A stretch of DNA of 64,000 nt from Smithellaceae bacterium. GTDB taxonomy: Bacteria; Desulfobacterota; Syntrophia; Syntrophales; Smithellaceae. The notes under the pieces are model-generated. The model was not told the origin of the DNA. It was given only the letters and a program-made list of their open reading frames with translations, and made no database searches. The stretch covers positions 1,760,001-1,824,000 of the forward strand of contig CAXXVL010000002.1 of assembly GCA_963667845.2 (NCBI GenBank), read 5' to 3'. The translations under genes were made by a program, and so were the position numbers. Positions 41,074-50,759 of the stretch are shown piece by piece; positions within the stretch are counted from its first letter, which is position 1, and each line of letters begins with the position of its first letter.

Positions 41074-41323
41074 TAGAAATTTCTCTACTAAACCGAGCCT
41101 CGGAGTTTTTGTTCCGAGCTGCGTCAAGTTCATCTCCTATCAGCATGTTGAGGGTGAATTCGAAGAGTCTCTGAAACTTCTGCGGGAACTGCACGCCCAC
41201 GCCACAGCCTGTCAGCGGGAAACGGTCCCAAATTCAAGCTGATTGTGGGCAGCAACGGCGCGGGAACGGATGGTTTTCCGGCCTGACTGTAAATCAGTTG
41301 GCGGGGGAGATTACCGACATCCT

Positions 41324-41450
41324 GACATACGTAATGATACAATATCACCGATACATTGTGTGACTTGTGTATGTACTTGCTTTTCGACATACACTTACTA
41401 TATCATTTTTTCGCCGCAAGCGGCGGGGAATTATACCCTTAGAGATTAAA
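41324..41450 (-). mobile_element. Truncated IS200 copy (left end + 5' of tnpA)
   Basis: 127-bp near-exact duplicate of 42612..42738. Confidence 0.9.
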
Positions 41451-41492
41451 TAATGTCCCCGAGATTGTAAAATACATAATGAGAGGATTATA

Positions 41493-41900
41493 ATGAGAGG
41501 GAAACCCACCGGGCAAAGACAGGGCGAGCAGGACATATTGGAAGATCGCGGTCCGGTTATCGATAGGTCTGTCCTTGACAGTTATCGATCTCTGCAACAG
41601 GCGGGAACGCCGGACCTTATCGGTAGCCTGGTTACCACCTATGTAGAGCAGTCATCGGCGATCATGAAGAGCCTCGGCTCGGCAGTCGATGAAAGAAATA
41701 GCGAGGATATGTTCCGGCTTGCTCACAAACTTAAGTCCAGCAGTGCCATTGTCGGCGCCATGCAACTGTCGGGCCTCCTCAAGGGCCTGGAACTCCTCGG
41801 TCGGCAAAATGAGGTTGAAGGGACGGCGGATCTGTTTGCCCATATCCAAAAAGAATTTGAAGCTGTTCAAGAAGCATTGAGGCCGTTGATTCCAGAATAG
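41493..41900 (+). CDS. Stand-alone Hpt phosphotransfer protein
   Basis: LAHKLKSSSAIVGA phospho-His motif. Confidence 0.88.
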   Translation: MRGKPTGQRQGEQDILEDRGPVIDRSVLDSYRSLQQAGTPDLIGSLVTTYVEQSSAIMKSLGSAVDERNSEDMFRLAHKLKSSSAIVGAMQLSGLLKGLELLGRQNEVEGTADLFAHIQKEFEAVQEALRPLIPE

Positions 41901-42182
41901 AATCATAATACATCATAAAAAAAGGTGTGCAGGAGAAGTTTGCCTGAATTCCGGTCAAATTGATCTTCTTGGCGGCTGAGTAGACCAAAAGGTGAGTAGA
42001 TTTCTCATAAGGCTGGATGTCGCAATGTGTCTTCAACGCGGTCATTGGTGACACTCCCCACATTTTGTGGTCAAGATTTTCTTGACACACAATTACAAGA
42101 TTCTTATACTCGCTCCCAATGAAAGCAAGTTCTTATCAAATATCCATAGAATACAAAAATATGGACAGGGGATTTGCGGAGA

Positions 42183-42738
42183 GTGAACAACCCCGCCGCA
42201 AGCAGCGGGGTATCCAGTGTCCTCTAAAAGAGGACGAGTTGTTTTGACTTGTGTAACACTTTATAGCTTTTTGCTATACCCTGCTCTTTCACATATTTTG
42301 ATATTGTATCTTCATCCCCAAATTTGCTTACTGTGTTCACGAAATATCCATCTGTCCAAAATTCACCACCCCAAAGTTGCGCCTCAATTTCCGGATGATG
42401 CCTAAATACCTCTCGTGCCGTTATGCTCTTTATGAGCGTTATTATTTTCGTCGGACTATACGTCGGAACCGACTGCACCAAAAAGTGAACATGATCCTTG
42501 TCTATTCCAATTTCAAGAAAATGCACCTGGTATCGTTTGGGGATTTCAAGGCAGATTTCCTTATCGCTATATCAACTGCCGGGCTGAATACTACTTTCCG
42601 GTATTTTGCCGGACATACGGAATGATACAATATCACCGATACATTGTGTGACTTGTGTATGTACTTGCTTTTCGACATACACTTACTATATCATTTTTTC
42701 GCCGCAAGCGGCGGGGAATTATACCCTTAGAGATTAAA
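42183..42738 (-). mobile_element. IS200-family element (tnpA only)
   Basis: Subterminal hairpins CCCCGCCGCAAGCAGCGGGG and CGCCGCAAGCGGCG; right end reads TCAC on the minus strand. Confidence 0.9.
42224..42678 (-). pseudogene. tnpA: IS200/IS605 Y1 transposase, frameshifted near 42561
   Basis: MSKSKYIHKSHNVS..CPAKYRK, then a frame change to EIC...DKDHVHFL (HUH), FWTDGYF, KYVKEQ. Confidence 0.9.
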
Positions 42739-42877
42739 CTTTATTCATTAAATGACCGATTGAGTTATTTGGAGGTCGTGTGGCTATGGATAAAATCGTG
42801 CATGTCACTGTATTATTCTATAGAGCATACGACTCATCAAAAGCCAATGGAGCTAACTTCCTTAGGAGGAGATTAAG

Positions 42878-44191
42878 ATGATCGATCAGTTTATTTCCAT
42901 TGCAGAAGTGCTGGGTTATTTAAAAGTGGAGAATATTTCCGATATCGAAGAAAGGGCGGAGATAATCCAGGGATTTCTTAATAAGCAGGCTAGTAAAGGC
43001 GTCGGAAATGCTTATGAGCGATATCTTGAAAACGGGGCTTCAACCGCGGCGAATGTCATAACGACATATCCCAGGGCCACTAAAGAATGCATAATGTGGT
43101 GTGTCAACCACTATCTCAGCTTAAATAAAAATGCAAACGTGATCGAAAAAGCTTGCAGGGCAATGAAGCATTACGGAACCGGATGCGGCACATCTGCCTG
43201 TTCATGCGGAATGACGTCTCTGCATAAGGAAATAGAAGCGCGCGTTGCGAAACTTGTCGGCAAAGAAGAGGCGGTCGTCTTTCCCACTGGATTTACCGCG
43301 AACCTTGGGGGAATTTCTTATCTGGTCGGGGACAGGGATCTCATTCTCATCGATGGAGAATCTCATTCATCAATGATCAATGGCTGCAAATTATCCATAG
43401 CAAGAAAAATGGCGTTTAAGCATAACGACGTTGCCGACCTGGAAATAAAGCTAAAAAAATACGGCAATGAATATGAAAACATTTTTGTCCTTGTGGAATC
43501 AGCCTATTCGATGAGCGGGGATTTGTCTCCACTGAAAGAAATCACCGCCCTAAAAAAATCATATAAGTTTTATCTCTATGTCGATGAGGCGCATTCCTTT
43601 GGTTTCTATGGGGAGAAAGGACAGGGATATTGTTACGAACAAGGTGTCACTGAAGATGTTGATTTTATTATGGCAACATTTTCTAAAGCGACCGCTTCGT
43701 TGGGAGGCTTCCTTGCATCCAAACATAAGTACTGTGGCATATTGAGATGGGGACCTACTTACATGTTTCAAGCATGCTTAACGCCGCCGGATGCTGCGGT
43801 CATTCTTGCATGTCTTGATGAGATCGAAAGCAATCCTGCGATGATCAGAGAACTTCATGAGAAAAATCAGTATATGCGCGGCTTGTTAAACGCGAAAAAA
43901 TTCAATCTTGGACACAGTCAAAGTCCCATAATCCCAATCATGATTCCAAGTCCTGTCAAATTGTTAAGCGTTGTCGATGATCTTTATGAGGAAGGTATAT
44001 ATTCAACGCCGATTGTATATCCTGCTGTTCAAAAGCACGAAGGAAGAATACGACTTATCTTGAATCTGGCGCATACAAAGGAACAAATCGATTATACCGT
44101 TGAGACGTTAGAAAAGATCTGTAAAAAGCACGATGCGCCCTGTTTCTTAAGTGAAACCAAGCCAGAATCTAATGCTGTATCTCACTGGTGA
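42878..44191 (+). CDS. PLP-dependent alpha-oxoamine synthase (AONS/SPT/KBL/CqsA superfamily)
   Basis: NHYLSL, FPTGFTANLG, SHSSMING, FKHND, ESAYSMSGD, VDEAHSFG, TFSKA (PLP Lys), GRIRL. Confidence 0.92.
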   Translation: MIDQFISIAEVLGYLKVENISDIEERAEIIQGFLNKQASKGVGNAYERYLENGASTAANVITTYPRATKECIMWCVNHYLSLNKNANVIEKACRAMKHYGTGCGTSACSCGMTSLHKEIEARVAKLVGKEEAVVFPTGFTANLGGISYLVGDRDLILIDGESHSSMINGCKLSIARKMAFKHNDVADLEIKLKKYGNEYENIFVLVESAYSMSGDLSPLKEITALKKSYKFYLYVDEAHSFGFYGEKGQGYCYEQGVTEDVDFIMATFSKATASLGGFLASKHKYCGILRWGPTYMFQACLTPPDAAVILACLDEIESNPAMIRELHEKNQYMRGLLNAKKFNLGHSQSPIIPIMIPSPVKLLSVVDDLYEEGIYSTPIVYPAVQKHEGRIRLILNLAHTKEQIDYTVETLEKICKKHDAPCFLSETKPESNAVSHW

Positions 44192-44373
44192 TTTGGTCGA
44201 TCCATTTGTTAAAGCCTCCGGATGCTGAATTCGGCGGCGAGCGCATATCCTGCAGTTTGCCGCATGGATAAGCAAGCGAATCATGTTTCAGATTCTTTCC
44301 CTGGGAATCGAAGGTTTTACGAAGCTTGCTCCTGAGAGCTTCAATCATAAGACACACGAAATGGGAGTCCGAC

Positions 44374-47223
44374 ATGCGGCTACATCCGGTTAGCTTACGG
44401 TTTTCGGATCCGGCATTGGAGAACGAATTCATCAAATCCAATGATGCCGAAATGAAGATATTCAACCAGTTTGGGATCGTGCTTTCCTTTCTGGCCTGGT
44501 TAGGCGTAGACTTTATTTGTTATATTGTCTATCCTGAAAAATTTTTCTTCGTGACAATGGCAACCGCTGTTTGCCTCTACCCTAGTTTTGCTGCTGTCAT
44601 GATAGTGACTCGATTCCCATATCTTGTAAAGTATTATCAGCCCCTGACCGGTCTAGCCAATTTGTTGGCGGGATTATACTTCATTTATCTGGGCAATCAT
44701 GTATTGCAAACGGATATATTGACTATCGCCGGCATAATTGCCTGTATGATATTCGCCTTTTTCATGTTGCGCCTCAGGTTCGTGTATGCGGCCGTCGGGA
44801 CGCTTATTTATGTTGCTGCTTATCAGGCTGACCTGATTTTCAGGGCACACCTCGCACCCAGTGCAAATTTGGATACGCCCATTCTTTCCTTTGCCTTGTG
44901 GACTCTTGAATTGGTCTGTATAGCAGGTGGATATTTTTGGGAGCGCACTACCCGCAAATTATTTTTGACCATTAAAGAAATCATACGACAGAAAAGGATT
45001 GCCGAGGAAGCAACCACAAAGAGCGAATATCTGGCTAACATGAGCCATGAAATCCGTACGCCTATGAATGCAATCATAGGAATGACCTATCTGACCATGA
45101 AAACTGATTTAAGTATTAAGCAACGGGATTATATGGAGAAACTCCAATCCTCTACTCAAACATTGATGGGTATCATCAATGACATCCTTGATTTTTCCAA
45201 AGTAGACGCCGGCAAGCTGGACATCGAGAAGATAGATTTTACTTTAGATGATATATTTATCAATTTGGCCAATCTTCTCGGCATGAAGGCGCGCGAAAAA
45301 GGAATAGAATTGATCTTTGATTACACGGCGGATGTTCCACAGAGCTTAAAGGGGGATCAGCTCCGGCTGGGACAAATACTCATCAATCTAACCAATAATG
45401 CCCTCAAGTTTACCCGCGAAGGCGAGATCAAAGTCAAAGTTGAGGTTATAGCCAAGGAAGAGCAAAAGGTTACGCTGCAGTTCTCGGTAAGTGATACCGG
45501 TATTGGCTTGACCGAAGAACAACAAAACAAGCTCTTTCACGCTTTTTCCCAAGTGGACGCTTCCACCACCCGCAAATATGGCGGCACCGGTTTGGGATTG
45601 GCCATTAGCGAACGGCTGACAACACTCATGGGCGGCAGGATATGGGTGGAGAGTGAGCCCAATGAAGGGAGTACTTTTTTCTTCACAGTCGTAGTCGAAT
45701 ATGGTCAATCACCGAAGGACTACCGGCTACCGGTCCCCAATGAAAACATTAAAATCATGGTCATCGATAGCAATCCGGTCGTGCTGAAAACCCAGATGAA
45801 TATGCTTGAGTCCCTGGGTTTTGCGACCCTTGGCGCTGTTTCCATGGAACGGGGATGGGCCGAACTCAAGAGGGATCAGGATACTGGGGTCGATTTTGTT
45901 TTGATGGATTGGCATACGGCTGATATGGATAGCAAGGGTTTAACTCACTGGAGAAAGTTCTTGGATGCAACAGGTCCTAAAACCCAGGTTATTATGATTT
46001 CGAATTGCAGCCTGCCGGAACTGGCATATAAAGCCAAACAATTCGGTGTAACCAAATGTCTTTCCAAGCCTATTATCCTATCAAAGTTGTTTGATGCCGT
46101 AACGGGAATATTCAGCGATAACGATAAATACTCTGCAACTGATCCGGATTTGCATGCTTCCGCGAAAATCAAGGGAATTAAAATCCTGCTGGTTGAAGAT
46201 GACAAAGTCAATCAACTGGTCGCAACTGCACTCTTGAGCCAATTGGATTTGAAAGTAGATATCGCCGAAAACGGGTTAGAGGCCTTAGAAAAGCTGGAAG
46301 AGGCTGAATACGACATGGTTCTTATGGATATACAGATGCCGGTAATGGATGGTTATGAAGCTACGAAAAGAATCCGGAGCAATCCCCGCTGGCCAAATCT
46401 ACCCGTGGTTGCCTTGACCGGCCATGACATGAGCGAATATCGGTTGAAGGGCAATCAATGCGGCATGAATGACCACATAAATAAACCGGTCAATCCACAT
46501 GAACTTCTCGCGGTTATAACAAAATATGTCAATATCAAGGAATTGCCGGCCCCTGAACCCGGCAAATCAGTTAACGAGTTTGAAAATACGGAAGATTTAT
46601 CCTGGCCCGACTTGCCGGGAATAATAATTGCTGACGGATTGAACAGGGTGAATGGCAAACAAGACTTGTATAAGAAAATCCTTCTGCAATTCAGAGCGAG
46701 TAATGTCGATACAGTAGATAACTTGGAAACAGCCTTATCCACAACCATGGGCGATGACATGACGGCATGCAGGCTGGCGCACACAGTTAAAGGCACGGCC
46801 GCCAATATAGGGGCGGTCCAACTTGCAGTTGTCGCTGCCGAATTGGAATCGGCGCTGATGAGCGGAGGTATTGGTTTTGATGGCGCCTTACTTGCTAAAT
46901 TCGATGAATCGTTCACAGAAGTTATGGACAGTATAAAAAAACTGGAAGAGCTGGATGTTGAACAAAAAATAAAAGAGCAGGATGTCATTAAAGCAGATGC
47001 CGATCGGGATGCTATACGGCCGCTCATGATCGATCTTGCCCGAATGCTGGAGATCGGCTCATCAAAATCAATGAAACAGATTGAAATGCTGGAGAAATAT
47101 TTGTCCAACACCAAGGTGGATAAACAGATTAAACAACTTAAAAGCGATGTGGATATTTTTGATATGGACAAGGCGCTGGAAAGATTAAAGGCGATTGCAT
47201 CGGGCTTGAATATTTCCCTGTAA
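44374..47223 (+). CDS. Membrane hybrid sensor kinase: 6TM - HisKA - HATPase - REC - REC - Hpt
   Basis: Six hydrophobic segments, [30 protein letters not shown] and LMDIQMP receivers, [12 protein letters not shown]pt. Confidence 0.95.
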   Translation: MRLHPVSLRFSDPALENEFIKSNDAEMKIFNQFGIVLSFLAWLGVDFICYIVYPEKFFFVTMATAVCLYPSFAAVMIVTRFPYLVKYYQPLTGLANLLAGLYFIYLGNHVLQTDILTIAGIIACMIFAFFMLRLRFVYAAVGTLIYVAAYQADLIFRAHLAPSANLDTPILSFALWTLELVCIAGGYFWERTTRKLFLTIKEIIRQKRIAEEATTKSEYLANMSHEIRTPMNAIIGMTYLTMKTDLSIKQRDYMEKLQSSTQTLMGIINDILDFSKVDAGKLDIEKIDFTLDDIFINLANLLGMKAREKGIELIFDYTADVPQSLKGDQLRLGQILINLTNNALKFTREGEIKVKVEVIAKEEQKVTLQFSVSDTGIGLTEEQQNKLFHAFSQVDASTTRKYGGTGLGLAISERLTTLMGGRIWVESEPNEGSTFFFTVVVEYGQSPKDYRLPVPNENIKIMVIDSNPVVLKTQMNMLESLGFATLGAVSMERGWAELKRDQDTGVDFVLMDWHTADMDSKGLTHWRKFLDATGPKTQVIMISNCSLPELAYKAKQFGVTKCLSKPIILSKLFDAVTGIFSDNDKYSATDPDLHASAKIKGIKILLVEDDKVNQLVATALLSQLDLKVDIAENGLEALEKLEEAEYDMVLMDIQMPVMDGYEATKRIRSNPRWPNLPVVALTGHDMSEYRLKGNQCGMNDHINKPVNPHELLAVITKYVNIKELPAPEPGKSVNEFENTEDLSWPDLPGIIIADGLNRVNGKQDLYKKILLQFRASNVDTVDNLETALSTTMGDDMTACRLAHTVKGTAANIGAVQLAVVAAELESALMSGGIGFDGALLAKFDESFTEVMDSIKKLEELDVEQKIKEQDVIKADADRDAIRPLMIDLARMLEIGSSKSMKQIEMLEKYLSNTKVDKQIKQLKSDVDIFDMDKALERLKAIASGLNISL

Positions 47224-47239
47224 CGTGAGGCAGACGGAA

Positions 47240-48316
47240 ATGACTGCAGGTTTAAAGGAACAAAAGAAGATACTGGTTGTCGATGACAGACCGGAAAATA
47301 TTCATGTACTGACGGGTATCCTGGAGGATCAATATGATGTGTTGATAGCAGCCAGTGGAGAGAAGGCACTGAAGATCGTATCAATGGTACCGGACATTGA
47401 TATGATCCTGCTTGATATAATGATGCCGACAATGGATGGCTATGAAGTCTGTTGCAAACTTAAATCTGATGAGAAAACCGCGGGTATTCCCGTGATTTTT
47501 GTGACGGCTTTAGCCGCGGCGGAGAATGAAACCAAAGGTCTGGAATTGGGAGCTGTCGACTATATCACCAAACCGTTTAATCCGGCTTTGATCAGTGCGA
47601 GAGTGAGAAATCACCTGGAACTGCAAGGCTACAGAAATAGATTGGAAGAACTGGTAAAGGAGAAGACAAGCGAGTTGGAGATAACACGTGATGCCATGGT
47701 TGAATCCCTGGGGCTCCTGGCGGAAAACCGTCATATGGAAACGGGGCAACATATCAAGCGCACTGTGAAATACGTTCGACTCCTGGCCGATAAACTCAAG
47801 GACGATCCCAATTTTAAAGATTTCCTGAGCACGGAAGTCATCGAGCAAATCGAAAAGACGGCCCCTTTGCACGATATAGGGAAAGTGGGAGTGCCGGATA
47901 GTATCCTTATGAAGCCCGACAGATTGACCAATGAAGAGTTCAAGGAAATGCAAAAACATGCGATAATCGGGTATAATGCGCTCTCCTACTCCGATGCACG
48001 TTTGGAATCCAATGCATTTCTCAGGCTAGCCTGGGAAATGGCTTTCACGCATCATGAAAAATGGGACGGTACAGGCTATCCACGAGGTCTACAGGGTTAT
48101 GAAATTCCCATATCAGGACGGCTAATGGCAGTGGCCGACGCCTATGATGCCATTACCAGCCCGCGCATTTATAAAGCCGCCCAATCCCATGATCAAGCGG
48201 TGGAAGAAATCAGAAGATGCAGCGGAACCGCTTTCGATCCGGATATTGTAAAAATATTCCTCCAGTTCGAGAAAGATTTCTATCGCATCGCCCAGGAATT
48301 CAAAGACAGAGAATAG
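47240..48316 (+). CDS. Response regulator with HD-GYP cyclic-di-GMP phosphodiesterase domain (RpfG-like)
   Basis: ILVVDD, LLDIMMP, ETGQH, LHDIGK, HHEKWDGTGYP, ADAYDA. Confidence 0.95.
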   Translation: MTAGLKEQKKILVVDDRPENIHVLTGILEDQYDVLIAASGEKALKIVSMVPDIDMILLDIMMPTMDGYEVCCKLKSDEKTAGIPVIFVTALAAAENETKGLELGAVDYITKPFNPALISARVRNHLELQGYRNRLEELVKEKTSELEITRDAMVESLGLLAENRHMETGQHIKRTVKYVRLLADKLKDDPNFKDFLSTEVIEQIEKTAPLHDIGKVGVPDSILMKPDRLTNEEFKEMQKHAIIGYNALSYSDARLESNAFLRLAWEMAFTHHEKWDGTGYPRGLQGYEIPISGRLMAVADAYDAITSPRIYKAAQSHDQAVEEIRRCSGTAFDPDIVKIFLQFEKDFYRIAQEFKDRE

Positions 48317-48357
48317 ACAGAGAACGAAGCCTGGTTAACCGAAAGGAGAGGACTGCC

Positions 48358-48670
48358 ACGAAAAACTTGATCGCTTACCTTACCCAAGGTGGGACAACAG
48401 CCTAGGTTGCAGAAGCTATCCTCGCCGGTTTGCCGAGCAAGGAGCACGAGGTTGACCTCCATAATATGAATGACGGAGTGCCTCCACGACTTGATGGTTA
48501 TGGCGCACTCGGAATCGGATTGCCGGTATATCACTGGCGTGCGCCCTTCAAAGTAATCGATTATGTAAAGACACTTCCTGATCTCAAAGGATTGCCTGTG
48601 CTTGTCTTTCTGCTCTATGCATCCAATTATGCTCATGCTGGAAATTGGGTGCGGAAAACTCTGGCCCGCT
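48358..48670 (+). pseudogene. Flavodoxin-domain gene remnant (ACG start, internal TAG at 48403)
   Basis: KNLIAYLTQGGTTA*VAEAILAGL...LGIGLPVYHW...VIDYVKTLP; AAGGAG RBS upstream. Confidence 0.65.
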
Positions 48671-49107
48671 CCGGCTCAGCTTTTCGTTGGTGGAAGGAAA
48701 ACAGACCGATTAAAGATGCTGACCATGTGTTCCTTTGTTTAGAGGACAAGAATTTCTGTCAGAAAAGCTACGGCAAGCCTTTTAAATACAGGCAGCATTT
48801 TATGGGGAATCTGTCTGAACGGGCGAAAGTAAAATCTTTTGGTTTTCATTCTATCCGTCACCTAACGGCATCGACCCTCTATCAACTGGGTTATGTGGTT
48901 GCCGATATTCAAGCAGTCTTAAGGCACGAGAGTGCAACGACCACTGCAAGATATATAAAATCATTGGGGGGCGAAGGAGTACGTTCAGCGTTGGAAGCCT
49001 TGTCGCAACAAAAAGGCAGGATTTTGATTTTCAAGCCACGGGAGGAAAGCGGGGTAGAAAACCCTGCACAAAAAGAAAAAGCCGTCTTAAGAGCCGTCAA
49101 CTCCTAA
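48671..49107 (+). pseudogene. Tyrosine integrase C-terminal remnant (left boundary approximate)
   Basis: FHSIRH (HxxR), VLRH, TTARY catalytic Tyr; N-terminal part missing; adjacent to the att site. Confidence 0.85.
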
Positions 49108-49167
49108 AATGGCTAATTCAGTTTGCGTGGTGACTTCTGCAATAACTTGATATCGTAATAAATATTT

Positions 49168-49215
49168 TGGCGTCCCCATGGGGAGTCGAACCCCAGTTAC
49201 AGGCGTGAAAGGGCG
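49168..49215 (-). mobile_element. 3'-half of tRNA-Glu(TTC): att junction between islands 1 and 2
   Basis: Minus strand CTTTCACGCCTGTAACTGGGGTTCGACTCCCCATGGGGACGCCA gives anticodon loop, T-arm, acceptor 3' strand and CCA; no D-arm or 5' acceptor strand. Confidence 0.9.
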
Positions 49216-49591
49216 TCCACACCACCCCACCAGTATTGAATTTACAGAGTTTTTTGCTAACATTAGAGTCATAAAAGGCACTATGGACACTACGTTTTGT
49301 GTCCGCGCTTGTGTCCGCATTTGAAATAGCTCCTTCTCATAGTAGGGGCTTTTTTTATTTTATCAATACAAAGGAGGCACAACTTATGAAAATTTAAAAG
49401 ACAAGTTTTGTGAATTTCAGCGGCGCGATGGCGAACCGATCTCTGAATACTGAGGTCGGTTTTTTTGTATCTAAAATCTAACCATTGAACCAATGGTTCA
49501 TCAGCTGTCAATTATGGCAGTGTGAACCTTTGTTCGAAAACCCAGAAACGCAGGGTGCTGCGTTTTTAAACAAAAAAAGGAGTATTACTTT

Positions 49592-50665
49592 ATGAGCGAA
49601 TTAGTTGATAACAAAAATTCAGAGAATGTAAATGAACCAGTCAGTGCTCAGGAAATTCAACCGCAATCCAATGTCACCGCTGAGCCTCAACATCCTGAGC
49701 ATCTTCACATGGCCCTTCTCGGCAATTCCGCCCCGCTTCGTGATGTTTATCTGAAAGTTTCGGATGATACTGGGCAATTTTTCGAAAAAAAAGAACTTGA
49801 GGATGAGATGATCGAGTTCACTAATCAGGCCAAAGCATTGACAAGGAAAGGCTCAATCGAGGCCATAAACCTTCTCTTGCCGCAACTGATTGCAATATCC
49901 AAATCGTACAATAGACAGATAAATTTTGCCGTGAATGTTTCCAACGGAATTCTCGTCAAACACCAGATCAGGCTGGGATGTGTCTATAATTATCAAAAGC
50001 GTCTTCTCCGGAAAGTCAGCCCTGATATGGATTGGATAGAGTGGTTCAATCAAAAGTATGGCGCAAGCAATCTTCGTTCAGCTCAGGACTATATGCGGCT
50101 GGCAAGTACGCCTAACATCATCCGTTACGCGGTCTTTGGGAAGGAAAGGTTGATTGAGATTCTGCGGGCGATCCCGTCATTTGCTTCGGGTGATGACCCT
50201 ATCGGAGCTTTTCTTGCAAAGTATGGTTTTACATATAACCCTGAAGGTGAAACTTCCATGGACGATTGGCGGTCGAGCATTGATGCCGCAATAGCCATGG
50301 AAAAAATCAGACAGGCGGAAAAGAAAGAAGACCTTGATCTGGAACTGAGTTTTGACCAGGTCAAAAAGCTGATCGACAACAATGTACCAGTTGAATCCAA
50401 GGTGATCAATAATATGGTGATCATAAAAGAAGCCGGCGGCAACGTTGCTGAATACATTGACACAGCTATTCTGGGTAAAGGCGGTGGAAACATTCAGATT
50501 GAACGGGTTGAAAAGTTGGAAAGCGTCCAGAGAATTTCCAAAAAGCTGAAGGAAATAGTTGAGTTTTATACAAAAGAAACGGACGCAATTTCTGAAATCA
50601 ATGTGTTGGCCATCAATGACCTCCGGCAATCCATTGAGGCGTTGACAGCCCTTTTAAACAGGTAA
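49592..50665 (+). CDS. Hypothetical protein with DUF3102-like HTH segment
   Basis: WIEWFNQKYGASNLRSAQDYMRLA resembles the DUF3102 core; AAGGAG RBS. Confidence 0.6.
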   Translation: MSELVDNKNSENVNEPVSAQEIQPQSNVTAEPQHPEHLHMALLGNSAPLRDVYLKVSDDTGQFFEKKELEDEMIEFTNQAKALTRKGSIEAINLLLPQLIAISKSYNRQINFAVNVSNGILVKHQIRLGCVYNYQKRLLRKVSPDMDWIEWFNQKYGASNLRSAQDYMRLASTPNIIRYAVFGKERLIEILRAIPSFASGDDPIGAFLAKYGFTYNPEGETSMDDWRSSIDAAIAMEKIRQAEKKEDLDLELSFDQVKKLIDNNVPVESKVINNMVIIKEAGGNVAEYIDTAILGKGGGNIQIERVEKLESVQRISKKLKEIVEFYTKETDAISEINVLAINDLRQSIEALTALLNR

Positions 50666-50759
50666 ACACACCACTTTGAATCCATGGTGTTAATTAAAAT
50701 GGGTGCCTCTGGTCGAGGGTCAACTTTACCGGAGGCACCCATTAAATAAGGAGATTATT

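Noticed and set aside
42878..44191. Calling the synthase bioF, kbl, spt or cqsA
   Set aside because: Motifs place it in the superfamily only. There is no pathway context for bioF, kbl or spt, and the Lys motif differs from CqsA.
44195..44370. c-di-GMP riboswitch between the synthase and kinase genes
   Set aside because: GGCAAAC occurs only on the opposite strand, without a GNRA loop or the GACGCAAA segment; the remaining hairpins are generic.
48403..48405. Pyrrolysine read-through in the flavodoxin-like ORF
   Set aside because: The start codon is also decayed and the gene is truncated, so a pseudogene is the simpler explanation.
49168..49245. Intact tRNA-Glu gene
   Set aside because: Only the 3' half is present; no 5' acceptor strand (GTCCCCA) or D-arm lies upstream on the minus strand.
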